A DNA stretch of 49,009 nt from a bacterium (GTDB taxonomy: Bacteria; Bacillota_I; Bacilli_A; RF39; UBA660): NCBI GenBank assembly GCA_963661295.1, contig CAVLBI010000081.1:1-49009 (forward strand), read 5' to 3'. This document shows positions 15,961 to 26,693 of this stretch, piece after piece. Numbering within the stretch: position 1 is the first letter of the stretch; every line of letters starts with the position of its first letter. The position numbers and the translations under genes are program-made. Below the pieces are notes generated by a model. It did not search any database. It was not told where the DNA came from and saw nothing but the letters and a program-made list of their open reading frames with translations.

Positions 15961-17709
15961 TTACATTTTTTCTGGAACTTCTATTCCAAGGGTATTTAAA
16001 AGAAGTGTATTTATATTATAAACTACTTTTGTTAAAACTAACCATGATTCTTGAAGTTCTGTATCTTCTTCTGTTAGTACCTTGTTTTCTGAATAGAATT
16101 TGTTATATAAAGATGTGATGTTATATAAGTATTCTGTTATTTCATTCATTGATTTTGTATCTAGAGCTTTTTCTATTACATTAGGAAGATTTAGTATGGT
16201 AAGCGCTAATTCTTCTTCTGTTTTTCCTCTAAATTTATGTACTTCTTCTTGTTTTAATCCTGATGCTTTGTTAAGTAAAGATTTCATTCTTATAGTTGAA
16301 TACAATAAGTATGGTCCTGTTTTTCCTTCTAAATCTGCAAATTTTTCTGGTTCAAATACATAATCTGTCGCTCTGAATGGTAAGAAGTCTGCGTATTTTA
16401 AAGCTGCTATTGCTACTTTTTCTGATATTTTTTCTTTTTCATCTTCAGAAATAGATTCATTTGTTATTTTCTTTCTTGTTTCATCATGAATTAAATCTAT
16501 TAAGCTTTTAAGTGTCATTACGCCACCATCTCTAGTTTTAAATGGCTTTCCGTCCTGACCGTTCATTGTTCCAAAACCAATAAATTCTAGTTTGGTTTCT
16601 GGTCTTACTAACTCAGCTTTTCTAGTTGCACGGAAAACTTGTTCAAAATGAAGTTCTTGTCTTCCATCTACAACGTACCATACTTCATCTGGGTCGTATT
16701 CTTTTCTTCTTTGTAAAAGTGTTGCTAAATCAGTTGTTTCATATGAAATGGTACCATTTGATTTAATAAATAATAATGGTGGAACTTCTGCTTTATCTGA
16801 ATCTTTGCTTACTTCAACGATTTCTGCTCCATTACTTTCTACTAATATATTCTTATCTCTATAAATTTTTTCTAACTCAGAAAAATATTCCATGGCATCA
16901 CTTTCGCCATACCACAAATCAAAATCGACATTTAAACTATTGTATACTTTCTTAATATCTTTCTTTGATATTTCTACTACTTTTTTCCATAAGTCATAAT
17001 ATCCTCTTTCATGACTTTGTATTTTTCTAGTTACTTCTCTTGCTTCTTCTAAGTACTCTTCATCTTCTTTTGACTTAGCACTCGCAAGTGGATAAATTCT
17101 TTCTAAGTCTTTATTTGAGATTGGTAACTCTATTTCTTGATAATCTCCTGTATAATTTTCATCAAAATATGCTAAATCAGGATACATCTTTTTAATTTCT
17201 AATACTACAAGTCCTAATGGTCTTCCATAATCTCCTAAGTGTGCGTCACCTATTACATTATATCCAATTAATTTACCTAATCTTTTTAATGCCTCTCCTA
17301 AATTTGCACTTCTTAAGTGACCTACATGTAAAGCCTTTGCAACATTAGCACCACCATAGTCAAGAATAATTGTTTTCTTTTCTCTTTTATCTATATTACT
17401 AAATATATCTTTATTAATTTCATTAATTATGTGTTTTTTATAATCATCACTTAAAGTAAAATTAATAAAACCTGGTCCTGCGATATTTATATTTGTAAAT
17501 CTTTCATCTTTTTCTAATTCTTTTACTATATTTCCAGCTATTTCCCTTGGATTAGTATGATATTTTCTTACTAATTGCATTGCGTCATTTAATTGGTATT
17601 CGCCAAGATCTTTTCTGTTTGATGTTTCTAGGGCTATTGTTTCTTCATCATAACCAGCATTTTTTACTATGTTTTTTAAATCATTTTTTAATTCACTAAA
17701 TAAACTCAT
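15961..17709 (-). CDS. argS: Arginine--tRNA ligase
   Basis: ANVAKALHVGHLRS (HIGH) and the GPYLLYSTIRMKS region, at typical length. Confidence 0.97.
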   Translation of the reverse strand: MSLFSELKNDLKNIVKNAGYDEETIALETSNRKDLGEYQLNDAMQLVRKYHTNPREIAGNIVKELEKDERFTNINIAGPGFINFTLSDDYKKHIINEINKDIFSNIDKREKKTIILDYGGANVAKALHVGHLRSANLGEALKRLGKLIGYNVIGDAHLGDYGRPLGLVVLEIKKMYPDLAYFDENYTGDYQEIELPISNKDLERIYPLASAKSKEDEEYLEEAREVTRKIQSHERGYYDLWKKVVEISKKDIKKVYNSLNVDFDLWYGESDAMEYFSELEKIYRDKNILVESNGAEIVEVSKDSDKAEVPPLLFIKSNGTISYETTDLATLLQRRKEYDPDEVWYVVDGRQELHFEQVFRATRKAELVRPETKLEFIGFGTMNGQDGKPFKTRDGGVMTLKSLIDLIHDETRKKITNESISEDEKEKISEKVAIAALKYADFLPFRATDYVFEPEKFADLEGKTGPYLLYSTIRMKSLLNKASGLKQEEVHKFRGKTEEELALTILNLPNVIEKALDTKSMNEITEYLYNITSLYNKFYSENKVLTEEDTELQESWLVLTKVVYNINTLLLNTLGIEVPEKM

Positions 17710-18056
17710 TTTATCTCCTCAATTCTATATTTAAATATATCATTATCTATTTTATATTCAATACTTATATTATTATTTATTTTTTCTATTTTTTTTGTTT
17801 CTATATCTATATTTATTGTTCTTTTTAAATCCTTTAAATAAATTGTTCCTACAGTGTTTTTTAAATTATCAAATAAATACTCCATCCGCAGTGTGTCATT
17901 TTCTCTTATTAGTGTATTCTTATCTAAATTGTATAGTACTTTTGTATTATCTTTTTCCCTATATTTTATTATATTATCAGATATAATTGACACTAATTTA
18001 TAAGAATCTTCTATTTCGTTATTTGAAATACTTACATTAATATTAATTTTAGGCAT
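17706..18056 (-). CDS. DUF1934 (YwiB-like) beta-barrel protein
   Basis: Size, position immediately upstream of argS with a 4-nt overlap (as for B. subtilis ywiB-argS), and a beta-rich sequence pattern. Confidence 0.6.
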   Translation of the reverse strand: MPKININVSISNNEIEDSYKLVSIISDNIIKYREKDNTKVLYNLDKNTLIRENDTLRMEYLFDNLKNTVGTIYLKDLKRTINIDIETKKIEKINNNISIEYKIDNDIFKYRIEEIK

Positions 18057-18180
18057 ATTACCACCAACCTCAAATTTATAGTAATGATTATATCACATAA
18101 TGCTTTATTTTACTAAATTAATTAATTCGGTACATATTTTTTATAATATTTTTAATACTAGTAATGGAGGGGATACTACT

Positions 18181-20130
18181 TTGAAAAGGTTATTTAAAAT
18201 TATTAAGGTTTTTATGATTGTGATTATTGTTTTAATATTTGGATGTTTCTTATATGTTAAATTATCTCCTAAAATTACTATTAATAGTGCGAATAATATT
18301 AGTTTGTATGATACAGATAAAAACGTATTTTTTAAAGGGAATGAGTCTAAGGAATGGGTAAGTTTAGATGATATTTCTGATTATTTAATAAAGAGTACAA
18401 TTTATACTGAAGATAAAAACTTTTATAAACATTTTGGGTTTGATTTTTTAAGGATTGGAAAAGCTCTTATTACTAATATTACTAGTGGTGGTAATAATCA
18501 AGGAGCATCTACTATAACTCAGCAATATGCGAAGAATTTGTTTTTAGACTTTGATAAAACTTGGAAAAGAAAATGGGATGAAATGTGGTATACAATGAGG
18601 ATAGAAGCAAACTATTCAAAGAATGAAATTCTAGAAGGATACTTAAATACAATAAATTATGGGCATGGAAAATATGGTATAGAAAATGCTTCTAAGTTTT
18701 ATTTTAATAAAAGTAGTAAAGACTTAACTCTTTCAGAAGCATCATTACTTGCGGGGATTCCTAAAGCTCCTAGTAAATATTCTCCTATTATTGATATGGA
18801 TAGTGCCAAGAAAAGGCAATTAGTTGTTCTTAATTGTTTAGAAAATAATGGAATAATCACAAAAGATGAAAAGGATAAGGCTTATAATGAAAAAATAAAT
18901 ATAATTGGGGAAAATGAAGGTGATACTCTTACTAGTATTAATTATTATGTTGATGCAGTTATGAATGAGTTAGAAAATATTGATAGTATTCCTAGTAACT
19001 ATAATGAAATTAAAGGATTAAAAATATATACTAATTTTAATTATGATGTTCAAAGTAATCTTGAAAATAATATTCAAGAGACTTTTCCAGACGATAGTAA
19101 GTTAGAGAGTGCTAGTGTTATGATGAATCCTGATAATGGCGGAATAATGGCACTTATTGGTGGAAGAGACTACAATAAATCAACTTATAATAGAGCTGTT
19201 AGTTCTAAAAGACAGGTTGGTTCAACTATGAAACCTTATTTATATTATGCAGCTTTAGAAAATGGGTTTACTGCGAGTACTTCTTTTACTAGTGAGAAGA
19301 CTACTTTTCCTGTTGAAAATGGTAAAGCTTATTCACCAATTAACTATAATAATAAGTATGGTAATAAGGCTATTAGTATGGCTACCGCTATTGCATATAG
19401 TGATAATATCTATGCAGTTAAAACACATATGTTTTTAGGGTATGATGCATTGATTAATGTTGCGAGAAGAGTTGGAATAAGTTCAAAATTAGAAAGTGTT
19501 CCTTCACTTCCTCTAGGTACTAATGAAATTAATATTATGGAAATGGCTGGTGGTTATGCTGCTTTTGCTAATGGTGGATATAAAGTAAAACCTCATTTGA
19601 TTGAGAAGATTGAAAATAAAGATGGTGAAGTTATATATCAATATAAAGATGATAAAGAATTGGTTCTTAATTCAAGTCTTGTATTTATATTAAATAATAT
19701 ATTAACTGCGACTTATGATCCTTCATACATTGATTATAATTATCCAACCGGTATCGGCTTAAATGGTAAACTTACTCATACATATGCCTTAAAAAGTGGT
19801 ACTACTAGTGGAGATAATTGGAATATTGGATTTAATAAAAAGTGTGTATGTGCTGTATGGGTTGGATATGATGATAATAGTGAACTAAGTACTAAAGACT
19901 ATAAATATGCACAAAACGTTTGGTATAAAACTGTTGAAAACTATGAAAAAAATATGAAGGATGAAGATGTTTGGTATGAAAAGCCTAAAAATGTTGTAGG
20001 AATGTTAGTTGAACCTATATCTGGAAAACCCGCAACCAGTAATGATAAAAATCAAAAATTAGTTTACTTTTTAAAAGGAACAGAACCAAAAGAGACAGAT
20101 TCAACATTTGATGAAATTAGTGGTAATTGA
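18181..20130 (+). CDS. Class A penicillin-binding protein (glycosyltransferase GT51 + transpeptidase)
   Basis: EDKNFYKHFGFD, GASTITQQYAKN, RKWDEMW (GT51); STMKP (SxxK), YSDN (SxN), KSGTT (KTG). TTG 18181 lies 8 nt after GGAGGGG and gives a membrane anchor. The ORF-track ATG at 18100 is an alternative start. Confidence 0.92.
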   Translation: MKRLFKIIKVFMIVIIVLIFGCFLYVKLSPKITINSANNISLYDTDKNVFFKGNESKEWVSLDDISDYLIKSTIYTEDKNFYKHFGFDFLRIGKALITNITSGGNNQGASTITQQYAKNLFLDFDKTWKRKWDEMWYTMRIEANYSKNEILEGYLNTINYGHGKYGIENASKFYFNKSSKDLTLSEASLLAGIPKAPSKYSPIIDMDSAKKRQLVVLNCLENNGIITKDEKDKAYNEKINIIGENEGDTLTSINYYVDAVMNELENIDSIPSNYNEIKGLKIYTNFNYDVQSNLENNIQETFPDDSKLESASVMMNPDNGGIMALIGGRDYNKSTYNRAVSSKRQVGSTMKPYLYYAALENGFTASTSFTSEKTTFPVENGKAYSPINYNNKYGNKAISMATAIAYSDNIYAVKTHMFLGYDALINVARRVGISSKLESVPSLPLGTNEINIMEMAGGYAAFANGGYKVKPHLIEKIENKDGEVIYQYKDDKELVLNSSLVFILNNILTATYDPSYIDYNYPTGIGLNGKLTHTYALKSGTTSGDNWNIGFNKKCVCAVWVGYDDNSELSTKDYKYAQNVWYKTVENYEKNMKDEDVWYEKPKNVVGMLVEPISGKPATSNDKNQKLVYFLKGTEPKETDSTFDEISGN

Positions 20131-20194
20131 CATAGAGAAATTATTTTCTCTTTTTTCTTGTTGTGCTATAATTTATGTAGTATGGAGGTGTGAT

Positions 20195-20725
20195 ATGTTA
20201 GAAATTATTTTAGGCGTAATAGTTGTTATTTGTTTACTATTAATGGTAATTGTTGTGTATAGTAATAAGTTCCAATTAGTAATTATAAAAATAGATAAGG
20301 CTGAAGAAGATATTAGTATATATTTAGATAAGAAGAAGGAACTATTAGATAGAACTAGGCCTATTATAAAAAAAGAATTAAAGTTAGATAGTTTTTTAGA
20401 TGAATTAGATAATTCTTTTGATGATGTTAATAATTTTGATGAACATGATACATTGAAGAAAGCTTATAATGAACTATTTAAAACTTTAGATGAAAATGAA
20501 AAGCTATTTAAGAGTGAAGCTTTAGTTTCAATACTAGAAGAGTTAAATGACAATGAGGAGGATATTGTTGGAGCTATTAAATTCTATAATGATACAGTTG
20601 TTGAGTTTAATCAACTTAGAATGGCATTTCCTTCTAATGTAATTGGTTTTTTCAAAAGATATAAGAAAAAAGAATTTTATAATAATGAGAAAAGAGAGAT
20701 TTTTGAAATATTAAATGAAAAATAA
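20195..20725 (+). CDS. LemA family membrane protein
   Basis: N-terminal TM and the C-terminal AIKFYNDTVVEFNQLRMAFPSNVIGFF LemA signature. ATG 20195 follows GGAGGTG. An extended -10 TGcTATAAT lies at 20164..20172. Confidence 0.78.
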   Translation: MLEIILGVIVVICLLLMVIVVYSNKFQLVIIKIDKAEEDISIYLDKKKELLDRTRPIIKKELKLDSFLDELDNSFDDVNNFDEHDTLKKAYNELFKTLDENEKLFKSEALVSILEELNDNEEDIVGAIKFYNDTVVEFNQLRMAFPSNVIGFFKRYKKKEFYNNEKREIFEILNEK

Positions 20726-20744
20726 TTAAAGAAAGAGGTTTATT

Positions 20745-21740
20745 ATGAATTTTATTGATACTATTAAAGAAAGAGCAAAAAAGGATAAGAAGAGAATCGT
20801 TCTTCCTGAATCTATGGATAAAAGAACAATGGAAGCTGCTGATAAGGCATTAAAAGAGAATCTTGCAGATATTATAATTATTGGTACTCCAGAAGAGATA
20901 GAAGAAAACTCTAAGGGTTTTGATATAAGTCGTGCAACTATAATTGATCCAAATACTAGTGAGTTAACTGAAGAACTTATTAATGGACTAGTTGAAATTA
21001 GAAAAAATAAGGGATTAACTTATGAAGAAGCTAAAAATTTATTATTAAGTGATTATATGTATTATGCTTGTATGCTTGTAAAAACTGGAAGAGCTGATGG
21101 TGTTGTTTCTGGTGCATGTCATTCTACTGCTAATACGCTTAGACCATCACTTCAAATTATTAAAACAAAACCTGGAGTTATGCTTGTTTCTGCATTTTTC
21201 TTAATGGTTGTTCCTGATTGTGAATATGGTGCTGATGGCACATTTGTTTTTGCTGACTCTGGACTAGAACAGAATCCAACACCTGAAAGACTTGCGGCAA
21301 TTGCTGCTAGTAGCGCTGAGAGTTTTAGATTATTAGTTGAAAAGGAGCCATTAGTTGCAATGCTTTCACATTCTACTATGGGTAGCGCAAAACATGCTGA
21401 TGTTGATAAGGTTGTTGAAGCTGTAAAAATTGCAAAAGAAAATTATAGTCAATATAAAATTGATGGAGAACTTCAATTAGATGCGGCAATTGTTCCTAGT
21501 GTGGCTAAGTCTAAAGCTCCTAATAGTGAAGTTGCAGGGCACGCAAATGTTTTAGTATTCCCTGACTTAGATGCAGGTAATATTGGTTATAAGTTAGTTC
21601 AAAGACTTGCTAAGGCTGAAGCATATGGTCCAATAACACAAGGAATTGCTTCTCCTATAAATGATTTAAGTAGAGGATGCTCTGCTGATGATATTGTTGG
21701 GGTTATCGCAATTACTGCTGTACAAGCTCAAAATAATTAA
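20745..21740 (+). CDS. pta: Phosphate acetyltransferase
   Basis: Full-length PTA_PTB pattern (RIVLPES.D.R...A, VSGA.HSTA.TLRP, FPDLDAGNIGYKL, DLSRGCS). Confidence 0.95.
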   Translation: MNFIDTIKERAKKDKKRIVLPESMDKRTMEAADKALKENLADIIIIGTPEEIEENSKGFDISRATIIDPNTSELTEELINGLVEIRKNKGLTYEEAKNLLLSDYMYYACMLVKTGRADGVVSGACHSTANTLRPSLQIIKTKPGVMLVSAFFLMVVPDCEYGADGTFVFADSGLEQNPTPERLAAIAASSAESFRLLVEKEPLVAMLSHSTMGSAKHADVDKVVEAVKIAKENYSQYKIDGELQLDAAIVPSVAKSKAPNSEVAGHANVLVFPDLDAGNIGYKLVQRLAKAEAYGPITQGIASPINDLSRGCSADDIVGVIAITAVQAQNN

Positions 21741-21775
21741 AAAAAAGAATCCACAGATTTTGTGGATTTTTTATT
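21739..21775. terminator. Bidirectional intrinsic terminator between the convergent pta and fba genes
   Basis: AATCCACA-gattt-TGTGGATT, flanked by an A8 run on one side and a T-run on the other. Confidence 0.7.
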
Positions 21776-21791
21776 TTGCAAATATATTTTT

Positions 21792-22679
21792 TTATTTTAC
21801 TGATGCATTATATATTTTTGTAATTGCAGAATCTAACTCTTTATTAAATTCTTCTTCTGTTTGATTTATATTTAAATTTTCAAGTAAAGCTCTTGAAAAA
21901 CTTGCAATCATATTTTTATTTTTGCTTAGTAATTCACAAGCTGTGTTAATATCATAACCACCTGATAAGGCAACAACTTTTACAACACATTCATAGTTAT
22001 ATAATTCCTCATATAAATTTTCTTCTGTTGGAATTGTAAACTTAAACATAATTTTATCAGATTCATCCCAATTATCAAGATGAGTCTTAATTTCTTGAAG
22101 TAATATTTTTTCACACTCTGTTTTATCAGGAGCATTAATATCTACTTCTGGTTCAATAATTGGGACTAGATTCATATTGCATATTTCTTTAGCAAAGTTG
22201 AATTGTTGATCTACTATTGATTTAATTCCTTCTTCATTTGCTTCATATATTACACTTCTCATCTTTGTACCAAAGATATGTTTCTTATTTGCTTCTTCTA
22301 ATTGTTCTTGTAAGTCATTTATTGGCTTCATTAATTTGACACCATTTTGTTCTTCTTCTAAACCTTTATCTACTTTTAAAAATGAAACTATTTTCTTTTT
22401 ATTCCATAGATAATCTGCAGTATATTCTTCTTCTATTTTTCCTTCCATTGTTTTATAGAATAGAATTGTTCCTAAAATATGTTCACTTGTAAATGCAGGG
22501 GACGTAATAACTCTTGCTCTCATTTCATGAATTAAGTTAAACATTTCCTCTTCTGTTTGATAAGAGTCTTTAGAAATACCATATTTTTCTAGTGTCTTTG
22601 CAGAACTTCCTCCTGATTGATCTAGGGCTGCGATAAATGCCTTTCTTGACTTTACTACATCTAATTTTTCTTTATCCAT
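21792..22679 (-). CDS. fda: Class I fructose-bisphosphate aldolase
   Basis: MDKEKLDVVKSRKAFIAALDQSGGSSAKTLEKYGI resembles the staphylococcal class I aldolase N-terminus. ATG 22679 has the better RBS spacing. Confidence 0.88.
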   Translation of the reverse strand: MDKEKLDVVKSRKAFIAALDQSGGSSAKTLEKYGISKDSYQTEEEMFNLIHEMRARVITSPAFTSEHILGTILFYKTMEGKIEEEYTADYLWNKKKIVSFLKVDKGLEEEQNGVKLMKPINDLQEQLEEANKKHIFGTKMRSVIYEANEEGIKSIVDQQFNFAKEICNMNLVPIIEPEVDINAPDKTECEKILLQEIKTHLDNWDESDKIMFKFTIPTEENLYEELYNYECVVKVVALSGGYDINTACELLSKNKNMIASFSRALLENLNINQTEEEFNKELDSAITKIYNASVK

Positions 22680-22778
22680 ATACATTCCTCCATCTTTAAT
22701 ATATCTTATTTATATAATTTATAAAAGATTATTAAGGTTTTTCACTGTAAAAAGTGTAAAGAAAAAGTTAAGATTTAC

Positions 22779-23318
22779 TTAACTTATGATTCTTATTATA
22801 AAATCTACTATTACTGTTATCAATAAGACTATTGTGATTATATTTAGAATTGCTTGTTGTTTAATATTTAATAATTTATCAATTAATGGTTGAATAAAAT
22901 AGATTGCGACTACTCCTTCTATTGCAAATCCTATACTTGCTCCTAAGCATACTCTTCCATTTATATTTAAGAAGTCTTTATTATAATTCCAGAGTGTAGT
23001 ATTAAATACTGTATCAAGAATATAGTGACTTATATATTCTAATAATGTTGCGACTACAAATATTATTAAGAATACTAGTATTGGGGTTATATTTACTTTT
23101 CCTAGCATTATTTTTCTTTTTGCAAATCTACGTAATGCTAACCATAGTAATACGGCTCCAAAGCCATATATTGGTAAATATGGGCCTTGTAATAGTCCTC
23201 TATTTATAAAAATTCCTTTTTTAATATAAAAATATATTATTTCATTTATCCAACCTAGGCATGCATATATTATGAATATTATAAAACCATTTCTTAAAAG
23301 TCTTATTGATTTATTCAT
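22779..23318 (-). CDS. Polytopic membrane protein (PF06541-like, annotated elsewhere as putative ABC-transporter type IV)
   Basis: GWINEIIYFYIKKG..NRGLLQGPYLPIYGFGAVLL pattern and 5-6 TM segments. Confidence 0.5.
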   Translation of the reverse strand: MNKSIRLLRNGFIIFIIYACLGWINEIIYFYIKKGIFINRGLLQGPYLPIYGFGAVLLWLALRRFAKRKIMLGKVNITPILVFLIIFVVATLLEYISHYILDTVFNTTLWNYNKDFLNINGRVCLGASIGFAIEGVVAIYFIQPLIDKLLNIKQQAILNIITIVLLITVIVDFIIRIIS

Positions 23319-23980
23319 TATTCAACTCTCCAGTCTATTTCTTTTAAACCATTTTTTCTTAAGAAGTCATTTGTTTTTGAAAATGGTTTACTTCCAAAGA
23401 AGCCATTTCTTGCGGAAAAAGGTGAAGGATGAGCTGATTCAATTATATAGTGCTGTTTATTTGTAATTAAACTTTTCTTACTTCTTGCGAATGCTCCCCA
23501 TAAAATAAAGACTATTGGTTTTTCTCTTTTATTTAAAATTTCAATTACATCATCTGTAAATATTTCCCAGCCTTTTCCTTTATGAGATGCTGGTTTATGT
23601 TCTTCTACTGTTAAGACTGCATTTAAAAGAAGTACTCCTTGTTTAGTCCAGGGCTTTAGTGAATTATGTTTTGGAAAAGGTATTCCTAAATCACTTTCTA
23701 GTTCTTTAAAAATGTTTTGTAGTGATGGTGGTTTTAAAACGTCATCACTTACAGAAAATGATAGTCCTTCAGCTTGGTTTGGTCCATGATATGGATCTTG
23801 ACCTAATATTACTACTTTTACATTATCAAAGTCAGTATATCTAAATGCATTAAATACTTCATTTTGTTTTGGATATATTACTTTGTTTTTATATTCTCCT
23901 TTAACAAAACTCATAAGTTCTGTAAAATACTCTTTTTTATATTCTTCTTTTAATTCTTCATCCCATGCGTTTCCTATCAT
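23318..23980 (-). CDS. ung: Uracil-DNA glycosylase
   Basis: GQDPYHGPNQAEGLSFSV and HPSPFSA motifs. Confidence 0.96.
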   Translation of the reverse strand: MIGNAWDEELKEEYKKEYFTELMSFVKGEYKNKVIYPKQNEVFNAFRYTDFDNVKVVILGQDPYHGPNQAEGLSFSVSDDVLKPPSLQNIFKELESDLGIPFPKHNSLKPWTKQGVLLLNAVLTVEEHKPASHKGKGWEIFTDDVIEILNKREKPIVFILWGAFARSKKSLITNKQHYIIESAHPSPFSARNGFFGSKPFSKTNDFLRKNGLKEIDWRVE

Positions 23981-23988
23981 ATTTCCTC

Positions 23989-24444
23989 CTATTTATGATA
24001 ACTTTCGTTATTGTTTATTTTGTATGCTCTATAGATTTGTTCTAAAAGGAGTACTCTAAATAGTTGATGAGGAAATGTCATTTTTGAAAATGATAGATGT
24101 AATTTTGCTTTGTTTTTTATATCATCTGATAATCCATAACTTCCACCAATTATAAATACTATATTACTATTTTGAATTAAAATATTGTCTAGCTTTTTAG
24201 CAAAGTCTCTCGATGTCATTTGATTTCCTTCTATTTCAAGAGTTATTAAATAGTCTTTATCACTTATGTGCTTAGTTATTTTCTCTGCTTCTTTCTTTTT
24301 TGCTTTTTCTTCTTCTACTAATCCTTCATCTTTTACTTCAATAATTTCAATATTAGTATACTTAGAAATTCTCTTTTTATACTCTTCTATAGCATCTTTT
24401 AAATACTTTTCTTTTATTTGACCTACTGTTATTAGCTTTATCAT
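23989..24444 (-). CDS. rlmH: 23S rRNA (pseudouridine1915-N3)-methyltransferase
   Basis: SPOUT family pattern MIKLITVGQIKEKYLKDAIEEYKKRI ... IGGSYGLSD ... LSFSKMTFPHQL. Confidence 0.93.
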   Translation of the reverse strand: MIKLITVGQIKEKYLKDAIEEYKKRISKYTNIEIIEVKDEGLVEEEKAKKKEAEKITKHISDKDYLITLEIEGNQMTSRDFAKKLDNILIQNSNIVFIIGGSYGLSDDIKNKAKLHLSFSKMTFPHQLFRVLLLEQIYRAYKINNNESYHK

Positions 24445-24445
24445 A

Positions 24446-25201
24446 TTAAACCTCTATTAATGGACTTTCTTCATATTGTTTTGCGATATATATATTTATA
24501 TCGTTTCTTAATTCTACTTCATCTATTGCTTCTTTTATTTTTTCTTCTGTATTATTAGTTTCACTTCTATGTGCTAAAATAATATTTTTTGTATTTGGAC
24601 CAATTATTTTCTTTAAGTATTTAGCTGTTGTTTTATTTGATAAATGGCCTTTATCACTTATTACTCTTTCTTTTAAAAATCTTGGATATGGACCATCCAT
24701 CAACATTATTTCATCATGATTACTTTCTATTATGTAGCAGTCCATTCCAACTATTTTATTTAATATTTTTCTATTAATGTATCCTGTATCTGTTATATAG
24801 GATAATTTTTTATTGTCTTGTTTTATTATAAATCCTACTGAACACGGAGCGTCATGTGATGTATGTAGAAGTTCTATTTCAACATCATTTATATTAAATT
24901 CATCAGGAATTATAATACATTTTGGGTATGGGACATATTCTTTTATACTTTCATACATTTTTTCTGGTATATATACTGGTATGTTTGTTTTTTTTACTAA
25001 GGATGCTAATCCTTTTGTGTGGTCTTTATGACAGTGTGTTATTAATATTCCATTAAAATTATCAAAAGAAAGGGAATTTTCTTCAAGACTATTTTTTAAA
25101 GTCAAGTAGGAAATTCCCATATCTATTATTAAATTAGTTTCATTACATAACACTATTGTACAATTTCCTTTAGAACCACTGGCTATTGTTTTTACTTTCA
25201 T
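24446..25201 (-). CDS. yycJ: MBL-fold metallo-hydrolase, YycJ/WalJ-like
   Basis: ITHCHKDHTKG (HxHxDH) and the Bacillus-like position upstream of rlmH. Confidence 0.82.
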   Translation of the reverse strand: MKVKTIASGSKGNCTIVLCNETNLIIDMGISYLTLKNSLEENSLSFDNFNGILITHCHKDHTKGLASLVKKTNIPVYIPEKMYESIKEYVPYPKCIIIPDEFNINDVEIELLHTSHDAPCSVGFIIKQDNKKLSYITDTGYINRKILNKIVGMDCYIIESNHDEIMLMDGPYPRFLKERVISDKGHLSNKTTAKYLKKIIGPNTKNIILAHRSETNNTEEKIKEAIDEVELRNDINIYIAKQYEESPLIEV

Positions 25202-25202
25202 T

Positions 25203-26693
25203 TTAATAGAAGTTCATAGCGTTTTGCGCTCTTCCTCCACGGTAAGGATATCCATACCACATACCAAAATGTAAATGTACTCCTGTTGCGAATCCAGTTT
25301 GTCCCATTGCTCCTATTACCTGTCCTTTTTCTACATATGCTCCTACATTAACATATCGTGCTGATAGATGAGCATACATAGTATAGTAACCATTGTGATG
25401 GTCTATTGTAATATATTGTCCATTATCATATTTATAAGATGATTGAACAACTGTACCTGATTGAGCTGCGAATATATTTGAACCATATCCACAACCTGCA
25501 ATATCTGTTCCATCGTGAAGTGTTCCCCAACGATAACCAAATCCACTTGAAACTGATGAACATGTTGCTGGCCACCCCCATTGTCCTCTTGTTGGAACTA
25601 CTGAACCATATCCACCACCAGAATATGATGATTGTTTTCCACCCTTAACGATGATTTCATTTACTGCTTCTTTAATAACTTCTGTATTTACGTTTACTGT
25701 ACTTGTTGTTTCACCATTTATTTTTTGTATTTTTTTAGTTACTTTATTTTGTCCGGCTACTCCTTTTTGAATAACTTCTTCATATCCTACATTTTTATCA
25801 TTGTCATATCTTGTTTCTGTTGTATAATTTTGTGTTTCTAATTCTACAACATGGTCTTGTTCTTCTACACTTATTTGTGGCTTTAATATTCCAATCTTTA
25901 CTGTTTGACCAGGAGATAATAAACTATTTTCATCTTTTAAATCAGGATTAGCAATTAAGAACTCTTGAGTTGATTCTTTATTATTAAATGCTACATCAGA
26001 TATTGTATCTCCCGCTTGTACTGTATATGTACTTTGGTCTTCTGTTGTTCCAAATAGAAGATATTTACTTAATTCTTCCTCTGTTTGATAAATCTTTTTA
26101 TCTACTGGGATATTACCTTTTTTTATTGTTATTTTATTTTGAATTGAAATACTTTCTACAATTTTACCAGTATCCTTTATTTCTTTTTGAGTATCATTTG
26201 CATAATTATCATAATCTTCTTCTGATACAAATGATTTTGCAGTATTTTCTATTGAATTTGTAAATATTTCTTTATCAATAACATACAATGTCTGTGTTTT
26301 TCCTTTTATCTTCTTTCCAGTTGATGAATCTGTCGTATCTAGTCCTTTTATTTTTATAATATATCCTTTTATTGTGAATGGAGATATATCTTTTATTTCT
26401 TCATATATTTTTTTTATTGACTTAACATTATTTGAGTATGTTGTCTCTTTTTCTATATCAAGATCTTCTGGTGCGTAGACTTTTTTTACGTTGTATTTTT
26501 TCTTTATTTCGTTTTGTTCTTTATTAATATACTTTTCTAATTCTTTTTTCGATTCTATCAGTCCAAGTGATTCACCTTTTAGATATACTCTATAAAGAGT
26601 TTTCGGAGTTGAAAGAATCTTTGAATAACCTGTTGCTAAAAGAAGTGTCAAAATCAAAATAAATGATGATATTATTTTTAATTTTTTACTCAC
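25203..26693 (-). CDS. Secreted M23 metallopeptidase with LysM and G5 domains
   Basis: Signal/anchor, LysM (YTVQAGDTISDVA...GQTVKI), G5 (..GYEEVIQKGVAGQNKVTKKIQKINGE..), and M23 with HDGTDIA and HLHF intact. Overlaps the dnaB 3' end by 8 nt. Confidence 0.85.
   Translation of the reverse strand: MSKKLKIISSFILILTLLLATGYSKILSTPKTLYRVYLKGESLGLIESKKELEKYINKEQNEIKKKYNVKKVYAPEDLDIEKETTYSNNVKSIKKIYEEIKDISPFTIKGYIIKIKGLDTTDSSTGKKIKGKTQTLYVIDKEIFTNSIENTAKSFVSEEDYDNYANDTQKEIKDTGKIVESISIQNKITIKKGNIPVDKKIYQTEEELSKYLLFGTTEDQSTYTVQAGDTISDVAFNNKESTQEFLIANPDLKDENSLLSPGQTVKIGILKPQISVEEQDHVVELETQNYTTETRYDNDKNVGYEEVIQKGVAGQNKVTKKIQKINGETTSTVNVNTEVIKEAVNEIIVKGGKQSSYSGGGYGSVVPTRGQWGWPATCSSVSSGFGYRWGTLHDGTDIAGCGYGSNIFAAQSGTVVQSSYKYDNGQYITIDHHNGYYTMYAHLSARYVNVGAYVEKGQVIGAMGQTGFATGVHLHFGMWYGYPYRGGRAQNAMNFY

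Noticed and set aside
18100-21740. The plus-strand (head-on to replication) block PBP1A-lemA-pta as a possible inserted island.
   Set aside because: All three are ordinary conserved chromosomal genes, with composition indistinguishable by eye from the flanks and no repeats, integrase or tRNA at the borders.
21747-21768. GAATCCACA / TGTGGATT look like an inverted pair of DnaA boxes far from oriC.
   Set aside because: The two halves form the stem of the pta/fba bidirectional terminator, flanked by A- and T-runs. The match to TTATCCACA is imperfect and there is no cluster of further boxes.
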